Shown: positions 1 through 16,749 of the stretch, piece by piece
How positions within the stretch are numbered: position 1 is the stretch's first letter
Layout of the letters: each line of letters begins with the position of its first letter
Assembly (NCBI RefSeq): GCF_009914755.1
Contig: NC_060931.1
Reading direction: 5' to 3' (one strand)
DNA: 64,000 nucleotides
DNA from: the human T2T-CHM13v2.0 reference genome, Homo sapiens
The notes under the pieces: generated by a model
What the model was told of the DNA's origin: nothing
The model's input: the letters and a program-made list of their open reading frames with translations, nothing else
Database searches by the model: none
Program-made: the position numbers and the translations under genes

Positions 1-165
1 GGGGAAGGGAGATGGATAATTTTAGGGGAATAGCAAATAATTTTTAGGGGAATTCAATGAACTTGAAGAACATACAATGGTCTGAGACGAAGTTTGTTGG
101 GTTTGCAGAGCAGACAATGGCTTGTGACTAAAGTCTATCCAATTGTGTTGACAGGCTTTGGTGTT
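1..165. mobile_element. Probable ERV1-class LTR fragment cut by the window edge
   Basis: Resembles recalled ERV1 LTR sequence (ggggaattcaatg..cttgaagaacatacaatgg..gcagagcagacaatgg); subfamily not determined. Confidence 0.3.
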
Positions 166-174
166 TCAGCTAAC

Positions 175-264
175 GTTGCCCAGGCTGGTCTCAAACTCCT
201 GGCCTCAAATAATCCTCTTTGGCTTCCCAAGGTACTGGAATTATAGGCACCAATGCACCTGGCC
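175..264 (-). mobile_element. Old Alu left-arm fragment (FLAM/AluJ)
   Basis: gttgcccaggctggtctcaaactcctggcctcaa...cacctggcc. Confidence 0.85.
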
Positions 265-2000
265 AGTGACCAACTTTAACAGTTAGCATTTGAACTTTGG
301 TAGTTAGTACTAGAATGTTAAATATCTTAAAGTGATTTTTCTCCAAAATTTGAACTTGATATCATCTCTATAGTTTAAAATCCTTCAAATAGCTTCTCAT
401 AGTATTTCAGATGAGTAATACAATGTTTTAACTGAGTCAGCCTATTTTTCTAGCTTTATCTTCCAACCATTGCCCTTGTTCACAATTTGAGGAGTGGAAA
501 GATGGGGAAGGGGAGGGCAAAGATGCGTCAATAGTAGGTTGCATCACTGCACTGTTCCCTCCTCTCCCTCCTCCTCGGATAGCATCTAAAACAGGTAAGT
601 ATCAGCATATCGACTGGAACTCTCCAAATTCTACCTCTACTCCTTTCAGGAAAGAGACGTTCTCCGCACACATATCAGCTCTGGAGCTTCTTGTTATGTG
701 GGATGATTTTAGGGGGAAAAGTGAGTCCTACTTTTCCAGGGTTTTTTTTTTTTTTTTTTTCTCTTTAGGGGAAGCTTAGTCCATTGTGTGAGTCTATAGT
801 TATTGGGTAAACTCAAATATCCAGATTTATGTCAAATTTCCATATATATTAAATGGAAAAAGTGCCTCAAAATGTTACCATACTCAAGCTGTCCTAATTC
901 CTAACATTGAAATAAATCTTATTTTTAAAAGGTAATCCTGTTTTAAGTAAAATGGATTTCACTTTGGACACACCTTAGTGTAAATTCATTGATTCATTAA
1001 CAAGCCCCAGTTACATTCCTAAGACCACACGGCTTTGTTTCTGCTTCCACCTAGTTCCCACACACAAGGCAATCATCACAACTCTTATTGTACCCACTAA
1101 TTTTCAATGGAAGCCAGGAGTGGAAGCCAAAGACACTTCTCTCCACCGCTCCCACGGAGACATACCATATGGGCGTGTGTGTGACATGGGTGATTCAAAA
1201 AACTGCTGTGCCCCCAATCTGATATGCTTTGCCAGAAAATGGGTCCCATTTTTATAAATTTCTATTTATGTGAATAAAACCTGAGAGAGGGGCACATGGA
1301 ATTGGGGAATCTGTGGGTTGGGGTTGGTGAGAAGATGGGGAAAGGGCTTTAACACAGGGTGTTGCTCAAATACATTAAGCCTGGACAGGACATCGAAGTA
1401 AGGGGGATTGATGAACGCTGGCACCTGGGAAAGGAGAGGCACTTAGAGAGGGTGGTGCCTGCAGAGAGAAGGCTTTTGCAGAACATCCAACATTAACTCA
1501 GTCCACTTCACACTTTAAATAAGAGCCAGTGTTATTCACTCCCAGGGGTGTTCTTAGTCTGAAGAGAGCAGTTCTGTGAACATAGATGAGGGAGAAAAAG
1601 AAAAAAACCCTGTATCTTCCTACATTGGAAAAGGGAGGTCCACAAGCTTTACCAAAGGGACCAGTGGCTCAAAAGATAGTTTAAGAATCCCTGAGTCTTA
1701 GCGATTTTCTCATTATTATGTACTTACAATACTATTTTTTTCTTATCAACAATCTCTCTAGAGACTTTTTCAATTTATTCTTTTAATAACACTTTATATT
1801 TTTGTGGCTCTCTGTATATGTCTTTTGATATACTTCTTACAAAGTCTGTTCTGGTTTATAGGGACTTTGAAAGAATGGGCTACCTGGAGAAAAATATCCG
1901 CAGACTAAGGTACAGCTAAGGACAAGAGCCCTAATTTCAGTTTAGAACATTGTGATGGACTTGTTGAGAGCATTTATGGTGCATTCAAAATCTGCAAAAA

Positions 2001-2152
2001 GGCCAGGTGCAGCGGCTCATGCCTGTAATCTGAGTACTTTGGGAGGCCAAGGTGGGAGGATTGCATGAGGCCAGGAATTTGAGACCAGCCTGGGCAACAT
2101 AGTGAGACCATTTCTAGAAAAAAAAGAAAAGAAAGAAAGAAGGAAAGAAAGA
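2001..2152 (+). mobile_element. FLAM_C-like free left Alu monomer with (GAAA)n tail
   Basis: Single left monomer ending gcctgggcaacatagtgagacc, A-rich tail, TSD AATCTGCAAAA at 1989-1999 and 2156-2166. Confidence 0.9.
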
Positions 2153-2714
2153 ATGAATCTGCAAAATATTTTACCAACACACCCACCAGTTTTGCCCAAA
2201 TGCCAGAGAAGAAAGAAAAAGAAAAGATGAAGGCATTATAAACACGATGGTGTGCAGCATTGCTACCATTTATCTCAGGCTGCTCAATACTAGCCTCAAT
2301 TCATCTTCTCCCAGGAAGGAATGTTTGTAAATTGCATCAGAATGGTTCTGGACTATGAGGAATGCTGGGCGGCCTGGACACCTGGAAGCAGTTAGAGAAG
2401 CTCTCATTTGCAATGTCTTGTTGGTTTCTTATTCTTGAATATATTAGCCAAGGGGGAAAATGCCCAGACATTTGTGCTCACAGCAGTACGTGATCACATC
2501 TCTTTTTGCATGAAGTATTTTAAGAGGGAAGTGATTTCTTTAAGTGCCTGATTATATGAAAGTTGTGTATCTGTCATCAAGAGGTCATAACTGAGTGTTG
2601 GGTTAACTTTCTGCTGCAGTTATTTTTAAGCATTTCTACTCGATATTCTTCCAGTTGTGTAGTTTCACATTTTAATGGAAACAACACAGCTCAAAACACA
2701 TCAAGAATATTTTA

Positions 2715-3011
2715 GGCCGGGCGCGGTGGCTCACGCTTGTAATCCCAGCACTTTGGGAGGCCGAGGCAGGCGGATCCTGAGGTCAGGAGATCGAGACCAT
2801 CCTGGCTAACACGGTGAAACCCTGTCTCTAATAAAAAAGTACAAAAAATTAGCCGGGTGTGGTGGTGGGCACCTGTAGTCCCAGCTGCTCAGGAGGCTGA
2901 GGCAGGAGAATGGCGTGAACCTGGGAGGTGGAGCTTGCGGTGAGCCAAGATCGTGCCACTGCACTCTAGCCTGGGCAACAGTGCAAGACTCGGTCTCAAA
3001 AAAAAAAAAAA
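2715..3011 (+). mobile_element. AluY, full length
   Basis: Y diagnostics gagatcgagaccatcctggctaacacgg and gaatggcgtgaacc..gagcttgc; TSD AAGAATATTTTA at 2703-2714 and 3012-3023. Confidence 0.95.
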
Positions 3012-4100
3012 AAGAATATTTTAGTGATTAGAGAGCAAGTTTAGATTATATTTGTCTATGCATTTTGGAAATGGTAGAAAAAATGTTTATTCTCTGCAAG
3101 ACTATTTCATACTCTGTCAAGAATGTTCAAGAAAAAAACAGTTTTCTTTCGTTTCTAAATAATCAAATAATTACTGTTCACTTATTTTCTTGTCTAACGT
3201 AAAATATATAAACTGGGGTAAAAAATGTCAGTGCAAAAGGCTTTTAGATTGTCTATCATTTTTTAAGTTTTCCTAAACCTTTTTATATCAAATTAATACA
3301 TGTCCTAAGATATAAATTTTACTTGATAATATAAGAAATTTTCTTTATTGTTCAGATTACTTAGTTTATTGCTATCTTTATTTATTGGCAGATGGCTAAA
3401 ATTTGAGAAATGTTTAAGAATTTAAAACACCTGTAGATGAGACATGATTAAATTTAACTCCTTTAGGCTAAGAGAAGCCTATTTTCTAGATTACCTTTCC
3501 AAATACACTTCCCCAGGATCCTAGAACACAACTTAGTGACATTTCAGAGAGTTAACAGGAACATTGAGTAACATTGTTAGAAGTGTAAAAATCAATCAAG
3601 AAATCACTCACTTTGGGTTGTCAGGTTCAAAAGATACGTGAGTTCAGCCAAAGCCTACTTGTAAGAAGCCAGTAGATTGCTCTCTTGCGAGAAGCATATG
3701 ATTCTTTTCCAAGAAAAGTTGAAATGGTGTATTAAATTGTTTTATTTTTTATTTAAAGTAGATCTCCTCCATTAAGGCTCCTTTGAGTAACATTCTAAAA
3801 GTGAAAAGAAAGCTTTGTATCGGAGACTATTCTTATTAAAAAGAGTAATATAAATATTATATCCCAAAATTCTAGGGTTACTGGGATGGGGTGGAGATAA
3901 GGCCTAGGATATGGAGGCAGTTTTCACTGGTTACAACTAATCAGGCTGGGCTTGGTGATTCTGTTGGGCAATTTTGTTTTATGTATTTTTATAGACCAGA
4001 ACTAAACATTTTAGGAGGAGGAGGAGGAAGAAGAGAAGATAGGAGAATATCATTAGACAAGCCCAGCCACCTAGGTCAACATACAAACTAATTAGAGTAG

Positions 4101-4556
<456 letters not shown>

Positions 4557-5531
4557 TGATAGGGTTTGTAGGGGTGGGGAAGGTGTTTTTTAAATATAAA
4601 ATACATTTTTCAAAATCCCCTCCCCCCCACCACATAAAACAAGATAAAAGACAAGCATCTCTCTACTAACTGACTTTAGAACCTGACATTTCCACATTAG
4701 TTCAATCTTTGGATTAAGGCAACAAAGGGATCCTGTTTCAATGTAATTCTACTGGTACTTTTATAGATGTTTATCAGATTGGTCCAAATGCCTAGTACGG
4801 TTCACATTTGAAAAGAAAACCAAGGTACAACTCAGGTAGGGCTGCTTGGTGAGGGCTACCTTAGATAAGGCACCACTGAGAGGGTCCCAGGCAACTATGG
4901 AAAGATGACTGGGGAGTCCCCAAAGAGGGGTGGCTTGTGCCTTGTTTTCTTTTATAGCTTTGACATTTGTGTAGTGCCTTGAAGGACTGAGTTATATGTG
5001 ACAGACTTTTCTGCTTTTCCCTGGAGGCTCCAAAATAGTCATCTGAGACGGAGTAAATGGAACCAGCTGATATGGATTTATAACTCATTACAAATCTGGC
5101 CTGCTACTTTTTGCATTATTGGATGTGTTTCACTAGGTCTGTTTTCTGGCAGATGTCTGGCATGAAAGGCTGACTTCCATTTTTGCCAGCGTTATTTCCT
5201 GCCTTCCTTTCGACTACAGGACTTACAAACATCTGGCAGAGAAAAGGCAAACACAGTTATGAGTCACAATGTAGAAAGTCAACAGTAGGCCCAACTCATA
5301 TTCTTGTGTATCCTACTTTGTGTAATAAGGCGCATTCAAAATTCTAAAAACCCACACTATTTTAAATCAAATAATATTCTGCCATTGACTTTTGGTTTTT
5401 TAAGATATATGGTCCTATACAACATAAATCTTGAAGATTTATGTTCAAAACATTATGAAGATCTATATGTTTAATAGAAAAATTAAACTTTATAATAAAA
5501 TAACAGCAACAAAAGGTTAAAAATATTTTAA

Positions 5532-5990
<459 letters not shown>

Positions 5991-6249
5991 TATGGTTGGC
6001 TTTTTTCTAGGCATCTTTAAACTAAATTTAATAATGGCTGACAATAGCACAAAAACTCCAAACCCAACCAAACAACAGACAGACAGACTCCACCCCCATT
6101 TGAGAATTTGCTCTACTGCAAAGCACTATGCTAAGAGATCTAGACAGATTGTTCTGTTTTATCCTTACAACAATTTACTATTATTATTGCTGGTGAAAAT
6201 GTAGAAGACATACAGAGGTATGAATTTGAAGTACTAATGAGTCATTCTG

Positions 6250-6435
6250 CAGTATTTCTCAGTGAATATTGCTCAGACCACCTACACCAGAATCATCTGA
6301 GACCCTTGTTAGATATTCATTTTCTTGGGTCCCCAACACTCAGAAATTCTAATTCAGAGGTTTGAGGTAGGAATCTGGAATTTACTTAAGAAGCACTTTG
6401 AGTGATTCTGATACACAATAAAGTTTGAGATCACT
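6250..6435. mobile_element. MER5-like hAT-Charlie MITE
   Basis: cagaatcatctga..cttgtt..gtgattctgatacacaataaagtttgagatcact. Confidence 0.65.
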
Positions 6436-6460
6436 TGTGAATATTCATTGTTAATATTAA

Positions 6461-6793
<333 letters not shown>

Positions 6794-6905
6794 TAAAATG
6801 GCCCATGCTTCCCCTCTTGGCATAAAAATAAAAATGTGTATTAGACAATTAAAGTAAAACAAAAAGTTAGAGGTAAAGGCTCCCCCTTTGCCACGCCCTT
6901 CATCC

Positions 6906-6907
<2 letters not shown>

Positions 6908-6948
<41 letters not shown>
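6908..6948. repeat. (CA)~20 microsatellite
   Basis: Perfect dinucleotide run. Confidence 0.98.
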
Positions 6949-6952
<4 letters not shown>

Positions 6953-7649
6953 CTCCCTCACCCCTAAATAACTGTGATTAAGTTTCTTGTTACCCCCCAG
7001 GAAAATGTTAGCATTTACGTAGATATACTTTGTATCAAGTGAATCATACTATGTTTACTGTTGTGCATCTTAAAACTTACTACATATGACTCAAGATCTG
7101 TCTATGTAGGACATATAAAACCCTAACTCATTCATTTAAACTGCTGCATAATATTTCATTAAATCTACGTACTAAAATTTAATTATTTCTTACTTTCAGT
7201 TTTTTTTTACTATTATAAACAGTGTTTCCATGAATATTTATATAGAGCTATAGATCTCTCTCTTGGTTGTGCTATCGCTTTAAAAGTGTAAATTGGGTAT
7301 TATAATTACCTAAGTAGAGACATCTATGTTTACTAGAAGCCTAGAGCCTTCATTTAAACTTATTTCTGCAAGAATGGAAAGAAAATTTCTTACCAAAGTT
7401 CATATTAAAGCAGCTAATTAGTGTTTTATTTGAGTTGGCTTAATTGTAGAAACACAGAGAACCCTATCATTTATGAATTTAAGAGGACTACAAATGCAAA
7501 AGAATGAATAAAATTAATTGGAATAAGGCAAAACGGAAGAAAATGGAGCAAATGTAGCAAAACTCTAAGAGAAAAAGGATTAGAGAAGATTCAGAAAGTA
7601 AAATTTAACTGAGAAAGAGGATTATTAGAAGGAAGACTATAAAAGCAAC

Positions 7650-8318
7650 TGTATTAATTCATTTTCATGCTGCTGATAAAGACATACCCAAGATTGGGCA
7701 ATTTACAAAAGAGAAAGGTTTCATGGACTTACAGTTCCTCATGGCTGGGGAGGCCTCACAATCATGGCAGAAGGCAAGGAGGAGCAAGTCACATCTTACA
7801 TGGATGGCAGTAGGCAGAGGGAGAGCTTGTGTGGGGGAATTCCCACTTATAAAATCATCAGATCTCAGCCAGGCATGGTGGCTCACGCTTGTAATCCCAG
7901 CACTTTGAGAGGCCGAGGTGGGCGGATCATGAGGTCAAGAGATCAAGACCATCCTGACCAACATGGTGAAACCTCGCCTCTACTAAAAATACAAAAATTA
8001 GCTGGGTGTGGTGGCTCACACCTGTAGTCCCAGCTACTTGGGAGGCTGAGGCAGGAGAATCACTTGAACCTTGGGAGGCGGAGGTTGCAGTGAGCCGAGA
8101 TCACACCACTGCATTGCATCCTGGGCAACAGAGCGAGATTCCATCTCAAAAAAAAAAAAAAAAAAAACCCATCAGATCTCAGGAGACTTTATTCAGTATC
8201 ATGAGAACAGCAAGGGAAAGACCTGCCCCCAGGATTCAACTACTTCCCACTGGGTCCCTCCCACAACACATGGGAATTCAAGATGAGATCTGGGTGGGGA
8301 CACAGCCAAACTATATCT
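7650..8318 (-). mobile_element. THE1 (A/B-like) MaLR solo LTR interrupted by an Alu
   Basis: tgtatta..catgctgctgataaagacatacc..gtggggacacagccaaactatat; 5-bp TSD GCAAC at 7645-7649 and 8319-8323. Confidence 0.93.
7868..8167 (+). mobile_element. AluSc-like element inside the THE1 LTR
   Basis: ggatcatgaggtcaagagatcaagaccatcc; CATCAGATCTCA duplicated on both sides. Confidence 0.92.
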
Positions 8319-8369
8319 GCAACACAGTAATCTGCAGTGATTATTCCAAACATACCAAAGTTATTCAGT

Positions 8370-9130
8370 GTATGCATTTGTTCATGCACTAATTTACTCA
8401 ATGAATATTTATCATTCGGCACTGTGCTAAGTTTGAGGATATAGGGAAGGAAAGACATATTTCCTACCGGCAACGAGCTTACTGTTCATGGAAATACAGA
8501 TGCAAAAAAAAAAAAAAAAATCAATTGCTTTTAAAAAGCAGAAAAATAGTGTTCCTGACAAAGTCTAAGATGTTTTCAAAGAAGAGGTTTCCAAGTTGCA
8601 TCTAAGGTAGAAGTAACATGTGCTGCGTCATTGAGGAATATAAGAGCAGAGTGGGTTAGAAACCCACATGTAGTTCGTGTTGCCACAGTGGAAAGCATAA
8701 GGTGAGAACTGCAGCAGTGAGAGGTGATGTCGCTAAACAGGAGCTGATGCTAGATAGGGACACAGGGCCAGATCCTGAAAGGTTTCGTTTGCATGCTAGA
8801 AAACTGAGATTTTTATCCTGTGAGCAATAGGGAGCAGCCAAGAATTTTGAATATAAATTTAACATAATCAGATTCACGTTGTAAAAAGCCCTCTGGAGAC
8901 TGGGTGGAGTTGAAATAATCTAGGTCACAGATAATGAGAACGTGGTGATCTCCAGTAGTTATGGGGCTAGGCCAGGAAATGAGAGGACTCCTAACAGGCA
9001 GACTCACAGCGTCTTGGCCATTGATTGGATGGTGAAGGGAGGTGGGGGAAATAATTTATGACATTGCCAACACTGGGGAAATGGATGTCTGATAGTATCA
9101 TTCTTTGAAGTAGGAATTAATGAAAGGGGA
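8370..9130 (-). mobile_element. Degraded L2 fragments
   Basis: L2 3'-end-like text (ttcatgcactaatttactcaatgaatattt..cactgtgctaag) and typical L2 body (ggagcagccaagaatttt, ttgattggatggtgaaggga). Confidence 0.6.
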
Positions 9131-9490
9131 GCAGATCTTTCCAAAATCTCTTTTAGATGTTCTCCACCATATCAGAGGCAACACTCTTACACACACAAAA
9201 AATCATCACTTTCCCTTGACTAATCTGAAAATTTATAGGTAATATAACCTACTTATATACATATTTAAAAAACTTTAATACAATAGCTCAACAGTAAGAT
9301 AAAGTATAAATAAAAGGAAGTAATTGAGGACAAAATATATTAATACATAAATGTTCAGGCATGACTACATAAAGGCATAATGAAGAAGTCAGATGTGTTT
9401 GCCTATATGTGAAGTCATTGTTAGTGTCCCAACCACAGGTGCAAATCAACACACCTCTGTAATGCATGTCATAAAGTCTTGGAAAAGAGC

Positions 9491-9911
9491 TGTGTTAGTT
9501 CATTCTTGTGTTGCAATAAAGAAATACCTGAGACCGGGTAATTTATAAAGACAAGAGGTTTATTTTGGCTAACAGTTCTGCAGCCTTTACAGGAAGCATG
9601 GTGCTGGCATCTGCTTTTGGTGAGGGCCTCGGGAACCTTCCACTCATGGTGGAAGGCAAAGGAAAGCTGGCATGTCACATGTGGAGAGAGGGAGGAAGAG
9701 AGAGAAGAGGGAGGTCCTAGACTCCTTTAAAGAACCAGATCTCACATGAATTAACTGAGTGAGAATTCACTCATCACCCAGGGAATGGTACTAAGACATT
9801 CATGAGTGATTTACCCCTATGATCCAATACTTCCCACCAGGTCCCACTTCCAACACTGAGGATGAAATTTCAACATGAGATTTGGAGGGGACAAACATCC
9901 AAACCATATCA
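9491..9911 (-). mobile_element. MSTB-like MaLR solo LTR
   Basis: tgtgttagttcattc..gagatttggaggggacaaacatccaaaccatatca; 5-bp TSD AGAGC at 9486-9490 and 9912-9916. Confidence 0.92.
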
Positions 9912-11462
9912 AGAGCTTGTCTTGGTTGCAGTATTGGAGAAGGCTCCATAACACTGTTGACATTTCAGCTTGGCGTTTCAAGAAGGAATATAATTTTGAA
10001 AGGCAGAACTAGAGGAAGAAGAAAGGGGTGTTCCCAATACAGAGAACAGTACAAATGGGGAGAGAAAAAGGAAAATACTGGGTGTTCTTTGGCTTTGGCT
10101 TTGGCTACGGCAGAGGTTGCGTGTAGCTGGTGTACGAAGCTGGAGAGACGTGTTCCCGCTAGTACAGGGAGGGCTTCGAAAGTGTACCAATGAGTTTAGA
10201 CTCTAATAATCCCACGTGACCTCTTGCTTTGGTAGGTTGTTTGCATTCATCATCATCAAGAATAATTCTATTTTCCCATATATATTGAACTGATTATCTT
10301 TAATCTTTCCCTGACCAAATTATCTCAAATTCTAAAGTGATGACATACAAATTAATGATATTTTGTTTTCTAAATTGATAATGCTGCTTTAAAGAGAGTT
10401 TGAAGGTAATGACTACATATAAAAATAGATTTCATATAAAGTCAGGCTTGAAAGGATCAAATAAAGTATTTGGTGCTTTTTCTTCTGGATAATAATCTGC
10501 GAAGAGGACATTTATTATCTCTGCTGGTAGTGATATCAGAGGGAGAGTAAAAAGCATGTAGATGATAGTGCCAGGCTGAGAGAAGAGAATAGATTCCACT
10601 GGACAACTTCCTAAGGGAAGGTGCATGTTAACATTCTATCATTTAAATCACAGAAGTTTTCTTTTGAAAGTATAAAGATGTATTATATAATAATATTTAA
10701 CAATCCTAAGAGGTTTGTTAATTATCCTTGCTGAAAGACAACAGAGATAAGTTTCGCTCAAGCAATATTCTTCTGAGAAAAATGGACCTCTGTCTCTCCC
10801 TTTCTTATTTTGTTTTATTTTAGCCTGAAGTGTCCCATTACGTTTTCAATGCCTTATATCTACCTTCTCTTCAACTGTCCATTTGGCTAAGAATTCAGCC
10901 CACAGGAATCAGGAATAGGACATTTAAAACTACTTCACGCATTTTAAATCTTATAAATAATTGAGATACAGTTGATGGTTGCTAGGCTGCAGTTGAATTC
11001 CATTTCATCCTATCCCATTATAATGTAATTTAGGTTTGTTTAGTTGTTGTTTTTTTTTGCTTCTTTTTAATCCTATAGGGAAAAGTTTTTGATGATTGAA
11101 TGCTGTATTTGATAGTACCTATTATCAGGCAAGGACTTTGAGGTATTTCATACCGTTTCTTTTCATATCTTCAAATAAAAGAATGTGTGAAGTTCCCATG
11201 CTAGCCACACCACGGACAACGTTAAGGAGAATGAAAATGAGCAGGGCCTGAAAGTTGCTTTCTTTGGTCCCAAAGTGACTCTTCTGGACACCCAGAGGTA
11301 AGGGCACTAAACTAAGTTACATCAGTTTATCAGGTGGAAATCAACAACAGGTGAATTAAACGTCAACAGTGAAACACCATTGCATCTTGTTCTTTAGCCC
11401 AGGAACTCCAGAAGGATTCCATCTTCAGAGGGCAACTCTGATTGGTGGTTACGTGTCTAAAG

Positions 11463-11707
11463 CAGGAGTCTGCAATCCACAGCAGGCAACTACAGACTAA
11501 AGTCTTTGGATCATATCCAGCCAGTCACTTGTTCTATAAACAAAACTTTATTGGAACACAGCCATGGTCATTCATTCCATATTGTTTATGGCCGTTCTTC
11601 CCCTGTAACAGCACAGTTGGGTAGTTGCAACAAAGATTGTGTGGTTTTCAAAGCCTAAAATGTTTACTATCTGACTTTTTATATTAAGTGTTTGCTGTGA
11701 CCCCAGG
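11463..11707. mobile_element. MER58A hAT-Charlie MITE
   Basis: ttttattggaacacagccat..cagttgggtagttgcaac..aagcctaaaatgtttactatctg. Confidence 0.85.
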
Positions 11708-11950
11708 TCTAAAATATTAGGTTATACAGGCTGCTGAGGCCCCAACTAATCTCAGAAAAAACACATGCTATGATTGATTTTTCTTCTGTTTGCCATGTTC
11801 ATGGAGGAGGAGTGCCATGTATTTATCAGCCCTGCTTTTTCCCCTTCCCCAAGTAAGAGCTGCATGATGGAACATAGAGATGTAAAAGAATAGATACAGC
11901 ATCAAAACTAGGAATGAGTAGACATTGAATAGTATTTCAAAAGAGTTGGT

Positions 11951-12090
11951 GGCAGCTATTTGGGAGGCTGAGGCAGAAGTATTACATGAGCCCAGGAGTT
12001 TGGGTCTGCAGTGAATCATGTCACACTACTGCCCTCCAGCCTAGGTGGCAGAGAGACAGATCCTGTCTCTAAAAAAAAAAAAGAAAAAAT
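11951..12090 (+). mobile_element. 5'-truncated old Alu (right arm only)
   Basis: Right-arm sequence plus A tail; TSD AAAGAGTTGGT at 11940-11950 and 12092-12102. Confidence 0.88.
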
Positions 12091-12769
12091 GAAAGAGTTG
12101 GTAGCAAGGATGCAGGAAGTGATGTCAGGGAAAAGTGATGAATTGTCACTGGGAATCATTGAAAAGCTGTAAAACCAAACCTATCATTACAAATATAAGC
12201 ATATTAAGTTTAGTTTTCTGTTCTATGGATTGAATTATATTTATTGGGAATATAAAAAATTCAGAAGAAAACTCTATGACTTTAATAAAGGGAAGGAAAG
12301 AAGGCATAGTGGTAGGAAAGAGCTCACCTTACCTTTAAAAAGAGTGGCTCTCTCTTTCTCTGTATCATCTTTCACATCCATACACATATAGTCACACATT
12401 CAATCCTTCTCATTACACAAAGCTGTGGATATCCTGGGAATAATGACACTTATTTGCATTGAGATATTGGAGCCAGAACTGGAATATATCTAGTTATCTA
12501 GTTATTTGTTTGAAGTGAGCTTAAATACAGTACTTGTGAATGGGAAAAGGGAATATTTTCATGACTCTGTAGATCCTACAGGCATATTCCTATACCTCAG
12601 AAAGTCAGAATAGAACCTAAGAAAAGACAATCTAAAAGTGTCTTAATATTTTTAGAATATGGCGTTAGGGATGCTTGTTAGTTGAAATGCAAAAATCTCA
12701 ACTTGTGGAAAGATACAAATGATCCATCGATTAGAAAATTAACAAAATAAGAGCAGTTGGGAAGTCAGC

Positions 12770-13175
12770 AATACGCCTTGAGGAAGAATCCGGCTAAATA
12801 AATTTAATTTCTTTCTTTGGCACCCTGACAAAGAGGAAGCAATAGATATAATATCTCCAGACTTCAGTAAGGCTTTTGAACCATTTCACATGACATTTCT
12901 TTTCAACAAGCTGGTAATACATAGCTTGGATCATAGTGCTGTCAAGTGGCTGAAGAGTTGCAATCAAAGAGTAGCTATCAGTGACTTCTTGTCATCCTGA
13001 GAACATTTATCAGGGGGTGTCCATCCATAAGGGCTGGTTGTGGGCCAGAGTTATCCACAGGGTGATGAAAGTAAGAGCAAGTTCAATAAATTTGCTGATA
13101 ACACCAATCTGGAGCAGCTGCTTACACCTGGCAAGATGGGAACAGCTTTCAATGACCTTGTTTAAGCTGGGCTGG
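12770..13175 (+). mobile_element. CR1/L3 LINE reverse-transcriptase fossil
   Basis: Manual translation gives NLISFFG (from 12801), EEAIDIISPDFSKAFE (12833-12880) and KFADNTNL (13088-13111), matching CR1 RT motifs NLISF, AVDVIYLDFSKAFD and KFADDTKL in order. Confidence 0.85.
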
Positions 13176-14338
13176 TAGAGTGAGACGATCTCAGAGCCAG
13201 GATACCTGGCCAAGACACAGTGGGCAGATTTTCTATGCAGGAAGACTTATGGCATGTTGCAGTAAAACTGGGCAGTGTTTTATTTCTAAAATTTTCTGAA
13301 GCACTATAATTAATTAACAATTCTCTATGATGCCAAGTGGTTTAGAATTACTTTTATTATACTAGTTTCCCAATTTGCAAAGTAGAGACTCAAAAATCTT
13401 GTCTCATAATATTATTTTGAATGTTAAATAATCTCTGGAAAGTACCTAACAGATATTGAGTGCTGAATGTTAGTTTCCTTCCTCTTCCCTATTTTCCCAC
13501 CCTGTTCTAGTGGGACCAGCACTGGGAAGAAAAAGCCCTAACTACAATACAGAAATTCAAAAGAAAAAAAGAGACAAAAACAAAACAAAAGAAACAAAAA
13601 CATTGGCATTGAACCTTAAACCACACTCTGGCATACCTAAATATTACTGCTTAATTAATAACAGTTTAACCGTCAAGTAGAATACGTTTGAAAGGATATT
13701 TCAAATTTATACTAGTGGTTATAAGATTTTCTAGAAGTTCACCTTCAGCAATTATGGAAGGTGGAGAATTATTGCTTTTTTTACATGGTAGATCCTAAAA
13801 AAGGTTAGTTCCTGCATGATGGGCACTCAATAGCTACTTGTTTTATTGCCCTGTGTGTTGTCAGAGAAATGTATTAAAAGTATCAGCACTTGATAATAAC
13901 TCTAAAGCAGGTGCTCTTAACTCCCTTGGGAATTTGATATTCCTTGAGAACAAGAAACAAAAGCCAGTGCAACATTTAGATCACAGTTTTACTCACAGGT
14001 CCTTATCTAAGTCTAGGTAGAGAAAGGCAAGATAAGTCTTAAGTTGTTTTCCCATTAGTAAATGTGACTGGACAGACCCTGGTACTTGGAGCAGGAGAGT
14101 GACAGGTTAAGTAATGGGAAAGCTGGCTGAGGTTCATGGTCAATGTCTTGCAAAAATAAACTAAAAGATATCTTAGTTGTAAATACCTTCTGCCCAAACA
14201 AGATGATGTGAAAAGGATCCTGCTCCAAATTCCTTAAACTCAACTGAGGAAAATAGAGAGCCACAGTCAGAGAACAAAGTTTCTAGCCTATTAACGCTCT
14301 CTCCCTTCATCCTCACGCTCAGCTTATTGCTTTTATTA

Positions 14339-14804
<466 letters not shown>

Positions 14805-14909
14805 TGAGTTTCCTATATTTTTGTCTACATTTCCTCTTGTCTGTGTCACTCTTTAATGTACTGTAATTAGTCTTTTTTTCCCTCTGCTATACTCAGACTC
14901 CTATTAGCA

Positions 14910-16565
<1,656 letters not shown>

Positions 16566-16749
16566 GAAGGTTGCATAAGTGCTGCCTATTGCAACTGCTT
16601 AGAGCTACAACCTTTGCTTCTGGAGACTGAGCTGGAACTAGTATTACTTGAATTACTTTAAAATAAATCCAAAACACCCAAATTTATATCTGGAATAATA
16701 CAGAATGAATGTGCAAAGTAAGTATAAATTCTTGACCAAGACTTTTTTT

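Noticed and set aside
9200-9490. Possible Charlie-type DNA transposon fragments (also 29405-29770)
   Set aside because: Resemblance too vague to support a call
11150-11305. Possible exon ending at CAGAG|GTAAGG near 11297
   Set aside because: Weak acceptor and no recognisable protein similarity
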